Shown piece after piece: positions 28,168-38,129 of a stretch of 64,000 nucleotides of DNA. Made by a program: the position numbers and the translations under genes. This stretch comes from Candidatus Woesearchaeota archaeon. Its GTDB lineage: Archaea; Nanobdellota; Nanobdellia; UBA10117; JABICX01. The notes beneath the pieces were generated by a model, which was not told where the DNA came from, did no database searches, and saw nothing but the letters and a program-made list of their open reading frames with translations. Within the stretch, counting starts at the first letter, position 1, and the number at the start of each line of letters is the position of its first letter. The DNA is taken from the NCBI GenBank assembly GCA_018692915.1, contig JABHLG010000013.1:7993-71992 (forward strand), given 5' to 3'.

Positions 28168-29379
28168 TTATATAATTTGTTTTCCATCAACTAGAACTTT
28201 CTGAACACAAGAGCCATTAGCTGAGTAAACAAGATGGGAAATTATTCTATTTTTTTCTAGAGGTTGTAGTAAGAAATGATTTGCATCTAGCAAAACTAAA
28301 TCTGCTAGTTTTCCTTTCTCAATTGAACCTGCATTTATCCTAAGTGCTTTTGCTCCATTAATTGTTGCCATATCAAAAACAGTTTGAGCTGGAGCAACAG
28401 TAGCATCCCAATAATTATGCTTTTGAACTAATGCGCAAGTGTGCATCTCTTCAAACATATCAAGATTATTATTTGAAACTGCAGAATCTGTTCCAAGTCC
28501 AACATTGACGCCTGCTTCTTGTAACTCTTTTAATGGCATAATCCCACCAGATGCTAATTTCATATTTGAGCGAGGACAATGTGCGACTGAAACGCCTCTC
28601 TTTGCAAGAGTTTTGATTTCTCCTTTTGTAATCCAACAACAGTGTGCTGCAATAACCTTCTTATCTAAGAAACCAATTGATTCCAAGTATTCAACAGGTC
28701 GCTTTCCATAATTCTTTAGAGAATCTGCTAGCTCTTTTCGTGTTTCAGCAATATGAATATGATTTAATACATTATATTTTTTAGCAAGTTTTTGACTTTT
28801 GATTAATAAATTTTTAGAGCACGTATATGGTGCATGTGGCCCAACTGCAAAACTAATTCTTGAACTTTTTAATTGCTTAATATGATTTGCAAGTTCATCT
28901 GTTTCTTTTAATCTTTTTTCTGTAGGATTTTTGCCATCTATATCAACTAAACCTCTTGACAAAAAAGCTCGGATTCCAATTTCTTTAACTGCATCGGCAA
29001 CTTTATTCATACTTATATATTGGTCATTAAAACAAGTTGTTCCAGTTCGAAGCATCTCTTGAATTGCCATTGTTGAAGCAACATATATTTTATCAGGTGT
29101 TAGCTTTGATTCGGCAGGTAAAATTTTCTTGTTAAGCCAATCTTTAAGATGCATATCATCAGCGATTCCTCTAAGCAATTGCATTCCAATATGTGTATGT
29201 AAATTAATCAAACCAGGCATTACAATATTTTGTGAACAATCAATTGTTTCGTCTGCTTTCAAGTTCTTTCCAATTTTCTCAATTTTATTTCCGTTAATCA
29301 AAACATCTTGATTTTCTAAAATCTGTCGTTTAGAATTCTGAGTTACAATATATTTACAGTTTTTGAGTAATGTTTTCAT
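28168..29379 (-). CDS. mtaD: amidohydrolase, MTA/SAH deaminase-like
   Basis: PGLINLHTHIGM, HIHIAET, GLGTDS. Confidence 0.75.
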   Translation of the reverse strand: MKTLLKNCKYIVTQNSKRQILENQDVLINGNKIEKIGKNLKADETIDCSQNIVMPGLINLHTHIGMQLLRGIADDMHLKDWLNKKILPAESKLTPDKIYVASTMAIQEMLRTGTTCFNDQYISMNKVADAVKEIGIRAFLSRGLVDIDGKNPTEKRLKETDELANHIKQLKSSRISFAVGPHAPYTCSKNLLIKSQKLAKKYNVLNHIHIAETRKELADSLKNYGKRPVEYLESIGFLDKKVIAAHCCWITKGEIKTLAKRGVSVAHCPRSNMKLASGGIMPLKELQEAGVNVGLGTDSAVSNNNLDMFEEMHTCALVQKHNYWDATVAPAQTVFDMATINGAKALRINAGSIEKGKLADLVLLDANHFLLQPLEKNRIISHLVYSANGSCVQKVLVDGKQII

Positions 29380-29409
29380 ATAAACATTAAATTACCTAAA
29401 TTAAAAGAT

Positions 29410-30186
29410 TTATGCTATAGCATTATCTAAAGCATGATAGCAAGAACAGTCTTCATCAAGATTTATTTTTGGAATAATGTTCATCAGCATCTTCTTTGAC
29501 TTTTCTGAATTTGCTTTGACGGTCTCGATTATATCCTTCATTGAAACAGACTTATCTTTCCAGCAATCGTAATCAGTAACCATTGCAATTGATACATAAC
29601 AGATTTCTGCTTCTCTTGCTAAAACACTCTCTGGAACCATAGTCATTCCAATAACATCAGTTCCCCATTTCTGAAAGAGATTTGACTCTGCTTTTGTTGA
29701 AAATCTCGGACCATTTACACAAATATATGTGCCTGTTTTATGATAATTTAAATTCAATTCTTGAGCAGTTTCTATAAGCAATTTTCTTGTTCTTTCGCAG
29801 CAGGGTTCTGCTACAGAAATATGACAAACTTTTTCATTGTCGTAGAATGTGATTTTCCGCCCATGTGTTCTATCAATAAACTGGTCAACAAAAACAAAAT
29901 CTCCTGCTTTAATTTGCTCTTTCATAGAACCTACTGCACAAGGTGCAAGAATTAATTTAACACCCAATTCTTTTAGCGCCCAAATATTTGCTCGATAGTT
30001 TACTTTGTGTGGTGCAATTGAATGCTCTTTTCCGTGCCGAGATAGAAAAGCTACTTTCTTTCCTTGGAATTCTCCCATAGTAATTGCTGAAGAAGGTTCA
30101 CCAAACGGTGTTTTCATCTCTACTTCGTTAATATTTTCTAATAAAGAAATATCATAAACTCCAGATCCACCAATTATTCCAATCAT
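29410..30186 (-). CDS. S-methyl-5'-thioadenosine phosphorylase
   Basis: MIGIIGGSG, FLSRHGKEH, GMTMVPE. Confidence 0.8.
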   Translation of the reverse strand: MIGIIGGSGVYDISLLENINEVEMKTPFGEPSSAITMGEFQGKKVAFLSRHGKEHSIAPHKVNYRANIWALKELGVKLILAPCAVGSMKEQIKAGDFVFVDQFIDRTHGRKITFYDNEKVCHISVAEPCCERTRKLLIETAQELNLNYHKTGTYICVNGPRFSTKAESNLFQKWGTDVIGMTMVPESVLAREAEICYVSIAMVTDYDCWKDKSVSMKDIIETVKANSEKSKKMLMNIIPKINLDEDCSCYHALDNAIA

Positions 30187-30211
30187 AATACTTGTTATAT
30201 TACACAGGTTT

Positions 30212-30466
30212 TTAAGAATATATTTTCTTAATCCAATACTTTTTGAAAAAAGGTAAAGTCAATGTTGATAAAACAAAAGCCACTGCAGGTATTATAGCAT
30301 TTAACCAAGGATCTGGAATATCTGCTGACCACAAAAAGACAGCTATTACAATATAAGTTAGCACTCCAATCAGAACTTTTCGAGTTATACTAATTTCCCA
30401 CGCTTTATCTGATTCTACTTTCTTGTTTCGTTCCTTTATTTTTTTTATCTCTAATTCTATTTTCAT
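30212..30466 (-). CDS. small two-TM membrane protein
   Basis: 84-aa ORF with hydrophobic segments. Confidence 0.35.
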   Translation of the reverse strand: MKIELEIKKIKERNKKVESDKAWEISITRKVLIGVLTYIVIAVFLWSADIPDPWLNAIIPAVAFVLSTLTLPFFKKYWIKKIYS

Positions 30467-30515
30467 GCTAAAACCTCATTTTTAGCAAGCTGTTTAAATG
30501 TTTCACATTTTAACA

Positions 30516-30869
30516 TCATAACATTTGTAATTTACTTGTAACTTTATCTATATCTTTATCTTCTGCTGGACCAATTGCGCAAGCTGTTACAGTTCCAGGT
30601 TTAAGTTCAGTCATTCCTGCATCTGCAATAACTGCTGTTGTTAATCCAGCATCATCTGCTTCTTGTTTATATTTATAAAGGTCTTTCTGATTATCAACTT
30701 TCAAAACAACTTTTTTCATTCCACTAAGTCGCCATGCTGAGAACGTAATTCTATTTTTCTTTTTAGACTTAAGAGAAGCTTCAACAGCTGCGTGACTCGA
30801 TTGCGCTGCTAGTTTTCCTCGGCTCATCTTCAAATCTGTCCGAATTAATATTACTTGTTTGTAAGCCAT
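30516..30869 (-). CDS. pth: peptidyl-tRNA hydrolase, archaeal Pth2 type
   Basis: KQVILIRTDLKMSRGKLAAQSSHAAV. Confidence 0.85.
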   Translation of the reverse strand: MAYKQVILIRTDLKMSRGKLAAQSSHAAVEASLKSKKKNRITFSAWRLSGMKKVVLKVDNQKDLYKYKQEADDAGLTTAVIADAGMTELKPGTVTACAIGPAEDKDIDKVTSKLQML

Positions 30870-30900
30870 GTATTATAAAATACTTAGAAGTATATAATCC

Positions 30901-31039
30901 TTACTCGTGACGTAAAGCATCAACCAGCTTTTTAGAAAAACCGAGCGACTACGTCGCGTGGCCACGCTAAAGTGTAACTTTAGCTTGGAGTTGGCAAAAA
31001 ACGATTGTTGACGTTTTACTCATGACGAAGTGCGTCAAC
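30901..31039. repeat. Terminus-duplication locus at the ABC permease 3' end (B-like, extended and structured)
   Basis: Displaced copy 30901-30924 (VDALRHE*), 91-nt insert 30925-31015 with several hairpins and the ggcaaaaaacg motif, functional end 31016-31039 (VDALRHE*). Confidence 0.8.
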
Positions 31040-32203
31040 AGGTTTTAGTTTAGCAGCACCTAATGCTGGAAGAGTTCCTGAGAGTGCTCCAATTAAGAAT
31101 GCAAAAGATATTGCTCCTAAAATTAATGGCCAAGATATTTCAACTCTTAATGGTATAAATCCAGAACTGCCTGCTGCAATTTCTACACCTTTACCCATAA
31201 TCATACCTAAAATAGTTCCTACAATTCCACCAACAATTCCAAGTATTCCTGCTTCTGCTAAAAATATCATCATAATTGCGTTGTTTGAAGCGCCAATTGC
31301 TTTCATTATTCCAATTTCTTTTGTCCGCTCAAGCACAGATGTATACATAGTATTCATAATTCCAATTGCACCAACAAGGAGAGAAATTGCTGCAATTCCA
31401 ACTAATACTAATTGTATTATTCCGAGAATATCATTAATTTGCTCAAGAATTTCAGAAGGAGTTAGTGCATTAAAATCTTCAGCATCTCGATATTTCTCAA
31501 GTTTTCTCTGGACTTTATCTGCTACAAGCTCAGCATCATTACCTGGCTTAACTTTAGCCATAATCATATTATAATCTTCTTGATCAAGAATATCTTTGGC
31601 AACATCCACATCCATATAAATCGCTGTATCATCTTGACTGTTACCAACTTCTTTAGCAATGCCTACAATTTTGAACTTTTCATCATTTACCATTATTGTA
31701 TTCTTAACACGCAATTCATCATCAAACATTTCTTTTGCTGCAAGATACCCAATACCTACTTCTTTCTTACCTGCTTCAGGAAATCTTCCTTCTAAAATAT
31801 CCCAACCAATATCATCCCAAACTTTGTTAGATTCTTTATCTAATGGAATGCCCATTAAATAAGAATAACTATCCTGATTATGGAATGTAAACTTTGCTGT
31901 CCCATACATCATCGGAAGAACTGTATCAATTTCAGGAATTCTTTCAATAACTCGCACATCTCCATCATCAAACGGCGCTTCTGCAGTTGAACCGGGCCCA
32001 GTAAAAGATGTTGGAGTAATTGTAATTGTATCTGTTCCCATTTGCTCAAATTGTTCTTCAATCGCACCTTGCATTCCTTGAGAAACAGAAATCAATGCTA
32101 CAACTGACGCTACACCTATAATAATTCCAATAGCTGTCAGCCAAGATCGCAACTTACGATGTGTAATGTTCCTAAGCGCGATCCTAAGGTAATCTTGTAT
32201 CAT
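31016..32203 (-). CDS. ABC transporter permease (MacB/FtsX family)
   Basis: 395 aa with an N-terminal TM, a large extracytoplasmic domain and a C-terminal FtsX 3-TM bundle ending ..KLKPVDALRHE. Confidence 0.8.
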   Translation of the reverse strand: MIQDYLRIALRNITHRKLRSWLTAIGIIIGVASVVALISVSQGMQGAIEEQFEQMGTDTITITPTSFTGPGSTAEAPFDDGDVRVIERIPEIDTVLPMMYGTAKFTFHNQDSYSYLMGIPLDKESNKVWDDIGWDILEGRFPEAGKKEVGIGYLAAKEMFDDELRVKNTIMVNDEKFKIVGIAKEVGNSQDDTAIYMDVDVAKDILDQEDYNMIMAKVKPGNDAELVADKVQRKLEKYRDAEDFNALTPSEILEQINDILGIIQLVLVGIAAISLLVGAIGIMNTMYTSVLERTKEIGIMKAIGASNNAIMMIFLAEAGILGIVGGIVGTILGMIMGKGVEIAAGSSGFIPLRVEISWPLILGAISFAFLIGALSGTLPALGAAKLKPVDALRHE

Positions 32204-33144
32204 TGTTTATTTGTGTTTTTTCTTTTTCTCCAATACCAGAAGATTCCACCTGCTGCAATTAATCCAATAATCATATACATATTATTTCCACTATTCTCAG
32301 TCATTAAACCAAATCGCTTTAAGTCTGTTTGAGAATAAACTTTCAATTTAACTTGTGATTGTGCTGTATAATCTTTATTATTAGAATCAGTGTATTCCAC
32401 TTTTACAGGTAAGTCAACATAAACAGTATCTTCTTCAGCTACATTTTCATTAATAAATAAATTATAATCTACTGTATCAAAATCATCAGATTCTAGCTCT
32501 CCAATATAAACTTCAGTTGGAGATAAAATATCATATTGATCAGATGGAAGTAATGTTAAAGTTAAAAATTTAATATCTAATCTACCACGATTTACAATAT
32601 TCAAAGTAACATCTCCATTCGTACTACTTTGGAAAGTATCTGCATCTTCCAAACCAACTCTTATTCTTGGAGAACCTCCAGTTTTAACACTTATACTTAC
32701 TTCAATTTCTTTTATGACATTACTACAACTTGCATCATCACACTGCTGAATATTAAAAGAGTATACTCCTTCAATTGCATCATCATCTACAATTAAATCA
32801 TATTCAACAAGTCGTTCACCAAAGCCCGCAATTCTGCCAACTTCTTCAATTCCAGCACCACTTGGAAGTCTGAAAGGATATTCTGGAACAACTCTTAAAT
32901 AAGCATTCTCTATACTTTCTTCGCCCCAGTTTTGTGCAGCAACCCATAAAGTTACGACCTGACCTGGCTCTGCCGGATAAGGATCGTATTTCGTTTGAAG
33001 TAATCTAATATTTCCATTATTTTCTGGAGCGTTTACATTTTCAGTAGTTGACGAAACTAATACTCCAGATATTCCTTCGGTCTCAGCTAATGCTACTGGC
33101 GCCAACATTAGCAAACAAATTAAAAACAATATACTTTTTCTCAT
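32200..33144 (-). CDS. exported COG1361/CARDB-like protein with C-terminal TM anchor
   Basis: Signal peptide, KYDPYPAEPGQVVTLWV...EYPFRLP pattern, C-terminal TM followed by a basic tail. Confidence 0.4.
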   Translation of the reverse strand: MRKSILFLICLLMLAPVALAETEGISGVLVSSTTENVNAPENNGNIRLLQTKYDPYPAEPGQVVTLWVAAQNWGEESIENAYLRVVPEYPFRLPSGAGIEEVGRIAGFGERLVEYDLIVDDDAIEGVYSFNIQQCDDASCSNVIKEIEVSISVKTGGSPRIRVGLEDADTFQSSTNGDVTLNIVNRGRLDIKFLTLTLLPSDQYDILSPTEVYIGELESDDFDTVDYNLFINENVAEEDTVYVDLPVKVEYTDSNNKDYTAQSQVKLKVYSQTDLKRFGLMTENSGNNMYMIIGLIAAGGIFWYWRKRKNTNKQ

Positions 33145-33836
33145 TTCTCTCTCCTTTTTTTCTCAATTGCACCATCTTTTAACCAAAAGACATTATCTAC
33201 ACCTTTAAGTTTTGCGAATCGAGGATCGTGAGTTACGATAATTAATGTTTTTTTATGTTTTTCATGTAAGTCTAATAGCAAATCCATAATTTGCTCGCCC
33301 ATTTTAGAATCAAGATTTCCTGTTGGTTCGTCAGCAAGAATAATTTCAGGGTCATTAGCAAGTGATCTTGCAATTGCTACTCTCTGGCGCTCTCCACCAG
33401 ATAATTCACCGGGGCGATGAGTCATACGTTCTCCAAGGCCGACAAGCCGTAGTATTTTTTTTGCTTTTTCAACTTTATCTAAAACAAATGATCTCTTAAA
33501 TATCATCGGTAATGTAACATTCTCAATAGCTGTTAATGTTGGAATTAAATTAAATGTTTGAAAAACAAAACCAATTTTCTCTCCACGAACTTGTGCAAGT
33601 GTGCTCTCATCCATATGTGCAATATTCCTTCCATCTAATTTAACAATGCCTTTTGTTGGTAAATCTAACGCACCAACCATATTCATTGCAGTTGATTTAC
33701 CTGAACCAGATGGCCCCATAATAACTGCAAAATCTCCCTTATTTATTGTAATATCTAAACCTCGCAGTGCCGGAACTTCAACACTACCCATCTGATAAAT
33801 CTTCCAAACGTCTTGAACATCAATTATAGCTTTCAT
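33141..33836 (-). CDS. ABC transporter ATP-binding protein (MacB/LolD-like)
   Basis: Walker A GPSGSGKST, LSGGERQR, ILADEPTGNLD. Confidence 0.9.
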   Translation of the reverse strand: MKAIIDVQDVWKIYQMGSVEVPALRGLDITINKGDFAVIMGPSGSGKSTAMNMVGALDLPTKGIVKLDGRNIAHMDESTLAQVRGEKIGFVFQTFNLIPTLTAIENVTLPMIFKRSFVLDKVEKAKKILRLVGLGERMTHRPGELSGGERQRVAIARSLANDPEIILADEPTGNLDSKMGEQIMDLLLDLHEKHKKTLIIVTHDPRFAKLKGVDNVFWLKDGAIEKKRREK

Positions 33837-33924
33837 TTATACCTCCGAAGTTTGTGAGACTCGCTAAAATTTTGTTTAGCTCTGTCTTCCAAACGCCTTG
33901 CACATCTATTATTGCCTTACTCAT
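33801..33924. repeat. Terminus-duplication locus at the ABC ATPase 5' end (E-type element)
   Basis: Functional start copy 33801-33836 (MKAIIDVQDVWK), element 33837-33885, displaced start copy 33886-33924 (MSKAIIDVQGVWK). Confidence 0.8.
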
Positions 33925-34082
33925 ACGTTCAGTATTATCTCAACTATTTAATATTTCTGTAGTATTGATTAGATACGACAGTTAGTAAGTATTATAAGAA
34001 CAAAATTCTATATTTATATACATCAAATCCTAATGGATTTGCTGTCTCTTAATTCCTATTTAAATAGGATAATGGAACAAAG

Positions 34083-34700
34083 ATGATATTAATATTAGTA
34101 GCTCATCCAGATGATGAAGTTCTTGGCTGTGGTGGAACTATTGCTAAATATGCTCAAGAAGGTGAAGATATTGTTGCAATTATAATATCTGATGGAGACC
34201 CTCTAAATAAATCAAATGAGTTTGCTATAAAGCGAAGAAAAGAATCTATTGCTGCAGGTAAAATTCTTGGAATAAATGATACAGTATTTATAGGACTTCA
34301 AGATAGACCTTTTGGTTCAGATTTAAAAGATAAACATGTTAAAGGGCGAATTGAAAAAATTATAAATAAACTAGCTCCAAAAATCATTTTTACACATTGT
34401 CCAGATGACCCGCACCCTGTTCATGCAAATATTGCAAAATTAGCTAAGGAAATAGCTCAAAAAGATAATATCCCGCTATATACATTTTCAATAGGTTCTC
34501 CATTTAAAGTTAAGCAAAGAGATATGCCAAGACTTTACATAGATATATCAGATACATTTGATAAAAAGAAAAAAGCCTTGAAAGAATTCCATTCACAAGA
34601 ACATTGGCTTATTTATTATAAATTAATTGCGCAAGTATCGAATAAAATTGCAGGTATGCATTCTAATCATAAATATGCAGAGGTGTTTTACAAATGGTAA
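34083..34700 (+). CDS. PIG-L/LmbE family deacetylase
   Basis: ILVAHPDDEVLGCGGTIAKY and HPVH motifs. Confidence 0.75.
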   Translation: MILILVAHPDDEVLGCGGTIAKYAQEGEDIVAIIISDGDPLNKSNEFAIKRRKESIAAGKILGINDTVFIGLQDRPFGSDLKDKHVKGRIEKIINKLAPKIIFTHCPDDPHPVHANIAKLAKEIAQKDNIPLYTFSIGSPFKVKQRDMPRLYIDISDTFDKKKKALKEFHSQEHWLIYYKLIAQVSNKIAGMHSNHKYAEVFYKW

Positions 34701-35833
34701 GAAAAATAAAAATTCTTTATGTTGCAGATACCGCTCCTCCGAAAAAAGATGGAGTAGTTAGATTTATGTTAGAGACTGCTCGAAGATTAAATAAAGAAAA
34801 ATTTGAAATTTCTTTTCTTTTACCAAGACTAGAAGATTCTGAACAAGCTATGAAAACTATGAACTTAGATGCTACTTTTGTTCCAGTGCGTAGATTCAAA
34901 ATAGCAACATATCATCCTGCAATCCCAAAATCAAAAATAGTAAGAAGTGCAATAGATAAAACAGATATTGTTTTTATAAATTCTGTAGCACCTTTAGGTA
35001 GCTCATCACTTAAATATGCAAAGAAAATAAGCAAACCAGTTATTGAATTCATTCACTCAATTGATTGGGAACTTTTTGCATATGCCACAGCATTTCCAGA
35101 CAAATACGCAGGAGCACTAAAACCAATTGTTAGAAGACTTTACAACAAAAGTGATTTGCTATTAGTTGCAAACAAAGGTCTTAGAACAATACTTCATGCT
35201 TCAAAAATAAATAACACAATTAAAATACTTCCTCTTGGTGTAGATATTAAAAAATTCAAACAAGATAGAATTAAGAGAGTTTACATTAGAAGAGAACTAC
35301 GCTTAAAAGATAATTTTGTAATTGGATATCACGGACGTTTAAGTAAAGAAAAAAATATCAAAATGTTAGCAAAAGCATTTGAGAAATTCAGAACAAAAGT
35401 TCCTGAAGCTAAATTATTAATTATGGGTGATGGTAAAGAAAAAAAATATTTGAAAGGTAATCCAAATATATTAACAACGGGTTTTGTTAATAATCCAGAA
35501 GACTATCTCCAAGCAATTGATATTTATGTTCTTCCATCAATGACTGAAACAACAGGTCTTGCACTTATGGAAGCTATGGCATGTGGCTTAGCTTGCATTG
35601 CAACGAATGTTGGTGCAATTCCAAGCTATGTCCGAGATGGTGGAAATGGAATTCTTTTAGATAAAAATAAAATTGATGCTAATTTACTAGCTCTTGCAAT
35701 TGAGAAACTTCACAGAAACATAAAACTTCGCAATGAGCTTAAACAAAACGCTTCAAAATCAATAGATTGTTGTTATACTTGGGAAAACACTACAAAAGAA
35801 CTAGAAAAATTCTTTGAAAGCATGATAAAATAA
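34694..35833 (+). CDS. glycosyltransferase family 4 (GT-B)
   Basis: C-terminal PSMTETTGLALMEAMACGL motif typical of the E-x7-E type. Confidence 0.75.
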   Translation: MVRKIKILYVADTAPPKKDGVVRFMLETARRLNKEKFEISFLLPRLEDSEQAMKTMNLDATFVPVRRFKIATYHPAIPKSKIVRSAIDKTDIVFINSVAPLGSSSLKYAKKISKPVIEFIHSIDWELFAYATAFPDKYAGALKPIVRRLYNKSDLLLVANKGLRTILHASKINNTIKILPLGVDIKKFKQDRIKRVYIRRELRLKDNFVIGYHGRLSKEKNIKMLAKAFEKFRTKVPEAKLLIMGDGKEKKYLKGNPNILTTGFVNNPEDYLQAIDIYVLPSMTETTGLALMEAMACGLACIATNVGAIPSYVRDGGNGILLDKNKIDANLLALAIEKLHRNIKLRNELKQNASKSIDCCYTWENTTKELEKFFESMIK

Positions 35834-35864
35834 CTTTTTAAACAACAATTCTAAGTTTTAATAT

Positions 35865-36036
35865 GAGCCAGTAGCTTAGTCTGGATAACCGTTAGGTTCT
35901 TGCTGAACCTTGGTTCAGGAATAGAGCACTTCCCTCCTAAGAGCTTTTTCTTTTCTAAAGAAAAAGTTCGCAAAAAGAAACTAATTTTTGTAAAAGAGGT
36001 AGGAAGGGGTCGCAGGTTCGAATCCTGTCTGGCTCG
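35865..36036 (+). tRNA. tRNA-Arg(CCU) with two introns (D-loop 35888-35923; 37/38 position 35941-36001)
   Basis: Hand fold. Acceptor gagccag/ctggctc, D stem gctt/gagc, anticodon stem cttcc/ggaag, loop ctCCTaa, T arm gcagg-ttcgaat-cctgt. The canonical intron carries the A-type core gagctttttcttttctaaagaaaaagttcgcaaaaagaaac. Confidence 0.75.
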
Positions 36037-37692
36037 TTATTCAAATTTGATTTCTTCGCGTTTTGCAAGAGCTTCTAAAATTGCTTTACCTAAGCCGCTC
36101 TTTTTGAAAATACGTATTTCTCTAGAACGTGAAAGTGGAAGTGTAGCTAGAACTTCGCCATTAATAGTTAAGTCTGCTCGCCTTGCATGGTCAAGGAAAT
36201 AAAACTCGAAATATTTTTTGCTTTCCTTAAGCCGATATCTTAATGGAGCTTGGCTCTTATTTTTTGCTTTATTATGAACAGGCATGACAACAGTCGCATC
36301 TCCAAAAGTATAAATTTCATATTCTAAAGTTCCGTCTTCAAAATCATATATATCAACAACAGGTCTTGCTAAGTCTTTATCATTCATACCTGTTGGGCAT
36401 TTGACATTCATCTTTAATCCAAAGACTTTTGCAACTTTTCCATCTTTAATAAAAATTACTGTATCTAAAATATGTGGAATCATTCCTAATTCAACTTTAC
36501 CAATAAATCTCTGAATTGCATCAATTGGATTTGCTGCGTGCACAACCCCAACCATACCAACACCAGACAGCCGCATATCTGCAAACAATTTAAAATCTGG
36601 TGCATCTCTAACTTCATCATATAAAGTATAATCTGGGCGGGTTAGGAGCAAAATATCTTTTAGTTCCTGGTGACTTGCTTTTGCTGTTGAAAGTTGCGTG
36701 ATTTCAGGAGGTAGCTGTAAATCTCGTGGAGCTTCTAATGACTTTACAACTTTCTTTTTCTCAGAATAAACTTTAGCAAGTGCTTGTGCGAATGTAGATT
36801 TTCCGTGTCCTGGAGCTCCAGAAATAAGTATTCCTTCTGCGCGTTCTAAAAGTCGTGCTTTAATTTTAATATCTAATTTGTAATCTTTTAGTTCTAATTT
36901 CTTTACAGGTCGAACAATTGTGATTTCCCAAGAATTTGATAAAGGTGGTCGAGTAACAACTATTCTGTACTGTTTAACTTGTGCAATTAAGCTTCCCTTT
37001 CTTTCAATCTCAAGAAAACTATTTTTTAAACTTCTTGCTGCCTCAATTATCTCATCTGAAATTGCTTCTAATTCTTCTGACTTTAAAATATTTTTATCTA
37101 TCTCAATAAATTTCCAAGCGCCAGGCTTGCCTGCTTTAGCTCTAGGAAGTGCACCTTCTTTGAGATGAACAGACATATAATCTGGTTTGAAAAGTTTAGG
37201 AAAAGTAAGGTCTTCTTCAGTAATACCTGAAGGAATGTGAATAACATCCATCCCTGTTGCTTTGCCAACTTCTGCCTGAACCATATCAGAAGTTATCATA
37301 GTTGCTTTCAAATCCTCAGCTAGCTTTCGGATTTTTGAATCAATTCCACCTTTTTTAGCAAACTTAATTTCTTCGATTGTCGGCTGTTCTCCTGCAAAAG
37401 TTAATTTAAATTTTTTCTTGTTAGCAAGCTCTCTAAGTCTTTTGATTTCATCAAGACCAATAAAACCAATTTCCCTACCAGAATTAGCTTGATTCTCAAG
37501 CTCAGAAAGCATTGCATTATGCAAAATCAGCTCTTTAAATTTCAGTTTGCCTTTTGCAAATTGCTTTGAAATAACAATATTAATAATCGCAGATGTATCT
37601 GGAACAAGCTTAGTTATGCCTGTTGTTTTAGCATTTGTCTTAATCAAAGATTCTCTAGATTTCCTTCTTATCCTTTTTGTCGGACTAACCAT
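36037..37692 (-). CDS. PIN-domain / PilT-like P-loop ATPase / KH-domain protein (COG1855-like)
   Basis: N-terminal PIN-like region, Walker A GAPGHGKSTF, C-terminal KH-like tail. The stop abuts the tRNA-Arg 3' end. Confidence 0.55.
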   Translation of the reverse strand: MVSPTKRIRRKSRESLIKTNAKTTGITKLVPDTSAIINIVISKQFAKGKLKFKELILHNAMLSELENQANSGREIGFIGLDEIKRLRELANKKKFKLTFAGEQPTIEEIKFAKKGGIDSKIRKLAEDLKATMITSDMVQAEVGKATGMDVIHIPSGITEEDLTFPKLFKPDYMSVHLKEGALPRAKAGKPGAWKFIEIDKNILKSEELEAISDEIIEAARSLKNSFLEIERKGSLIAQVKQYRIVVTRPPLSNSWEITIVRPVKKLELKDYKLDIKIKARLLERAEGILISGAPGHGKSTFAQALAKVYSEKKKVVKSLEAPRDLQLPPEITQLSTAKASHQELKDILLLTRPDYTLYDEVRDAPDFKLFADMRLSGVGMVGVVHAANPIDAIQRFIGKVELGMIPHILDTVIFIKDGKVAKVFGLKMNVKCPTGMNDKDLARPVVDIYDFEDGTLEYEIYTFGDATVVMPVHNKAKNKSQAPLRYRLKESKKYFEFYFLDHARRADLTINGEVLATLPLSRSREIRIFKKSGLGKAILEALAKREEIKFE

Positions 37693-37777
37693 TTAGAAAT
37701 TATATTTTATGGATTATAATGTTTGTGATTAAAATCCATTATATAAATATTTAAAAGAAAGAAAAACAAGAAAGATA

Positions 37778-38116
37778 ATGATAATTTACATCACACATAC
37801 AAGTTCTATATATAAAATACTAAATGAGGAAATAACTAGAAACAATGAGACTCTTGAAAATACAATTTTAATATGTGGCACTCGTGAAATCGTGCCAACT
37901 ACGGAAGGGCAACTTGCTAATCCTGCAAAAGCACCTGAATTTGGAGAGAAAGCACTTAGGCTTAAAATTAATAGACCTCCACAGAAAGGTGATTGCTTAC
38001 TTATGTTATCAAAAGATCTTAAAGAAGGTAAAGATTATCATTTTGATAATAATGATTTAATAATGTATACTAATACTAAAGTTCGAACTAGCACACCTAT
38101 AAATACAATAATTTAA
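37778..38116 (+). CDS. hypothetical protein
   Basis: 112-aa ORF only. Confidence 0.3.
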   Translation: MIIYITHTSSIYKILNEEITRNNETLENTILICGTREIVPTTEGQLANPAKAPEFGEKALRLKINRPPQKGDCLLMLSKDLKEGKDYHFDNNDLIMYTNTKVRTSTPINTII

Positions 38117-38129
38117 TTATTTTTTACGA

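Noticed and set aside
35900-36202. 100-aa plus-strand ORF
   Set aside because: It runs through the tRNA-Arg introns and 3' half and then antisense to the PIN-ATPase gene.
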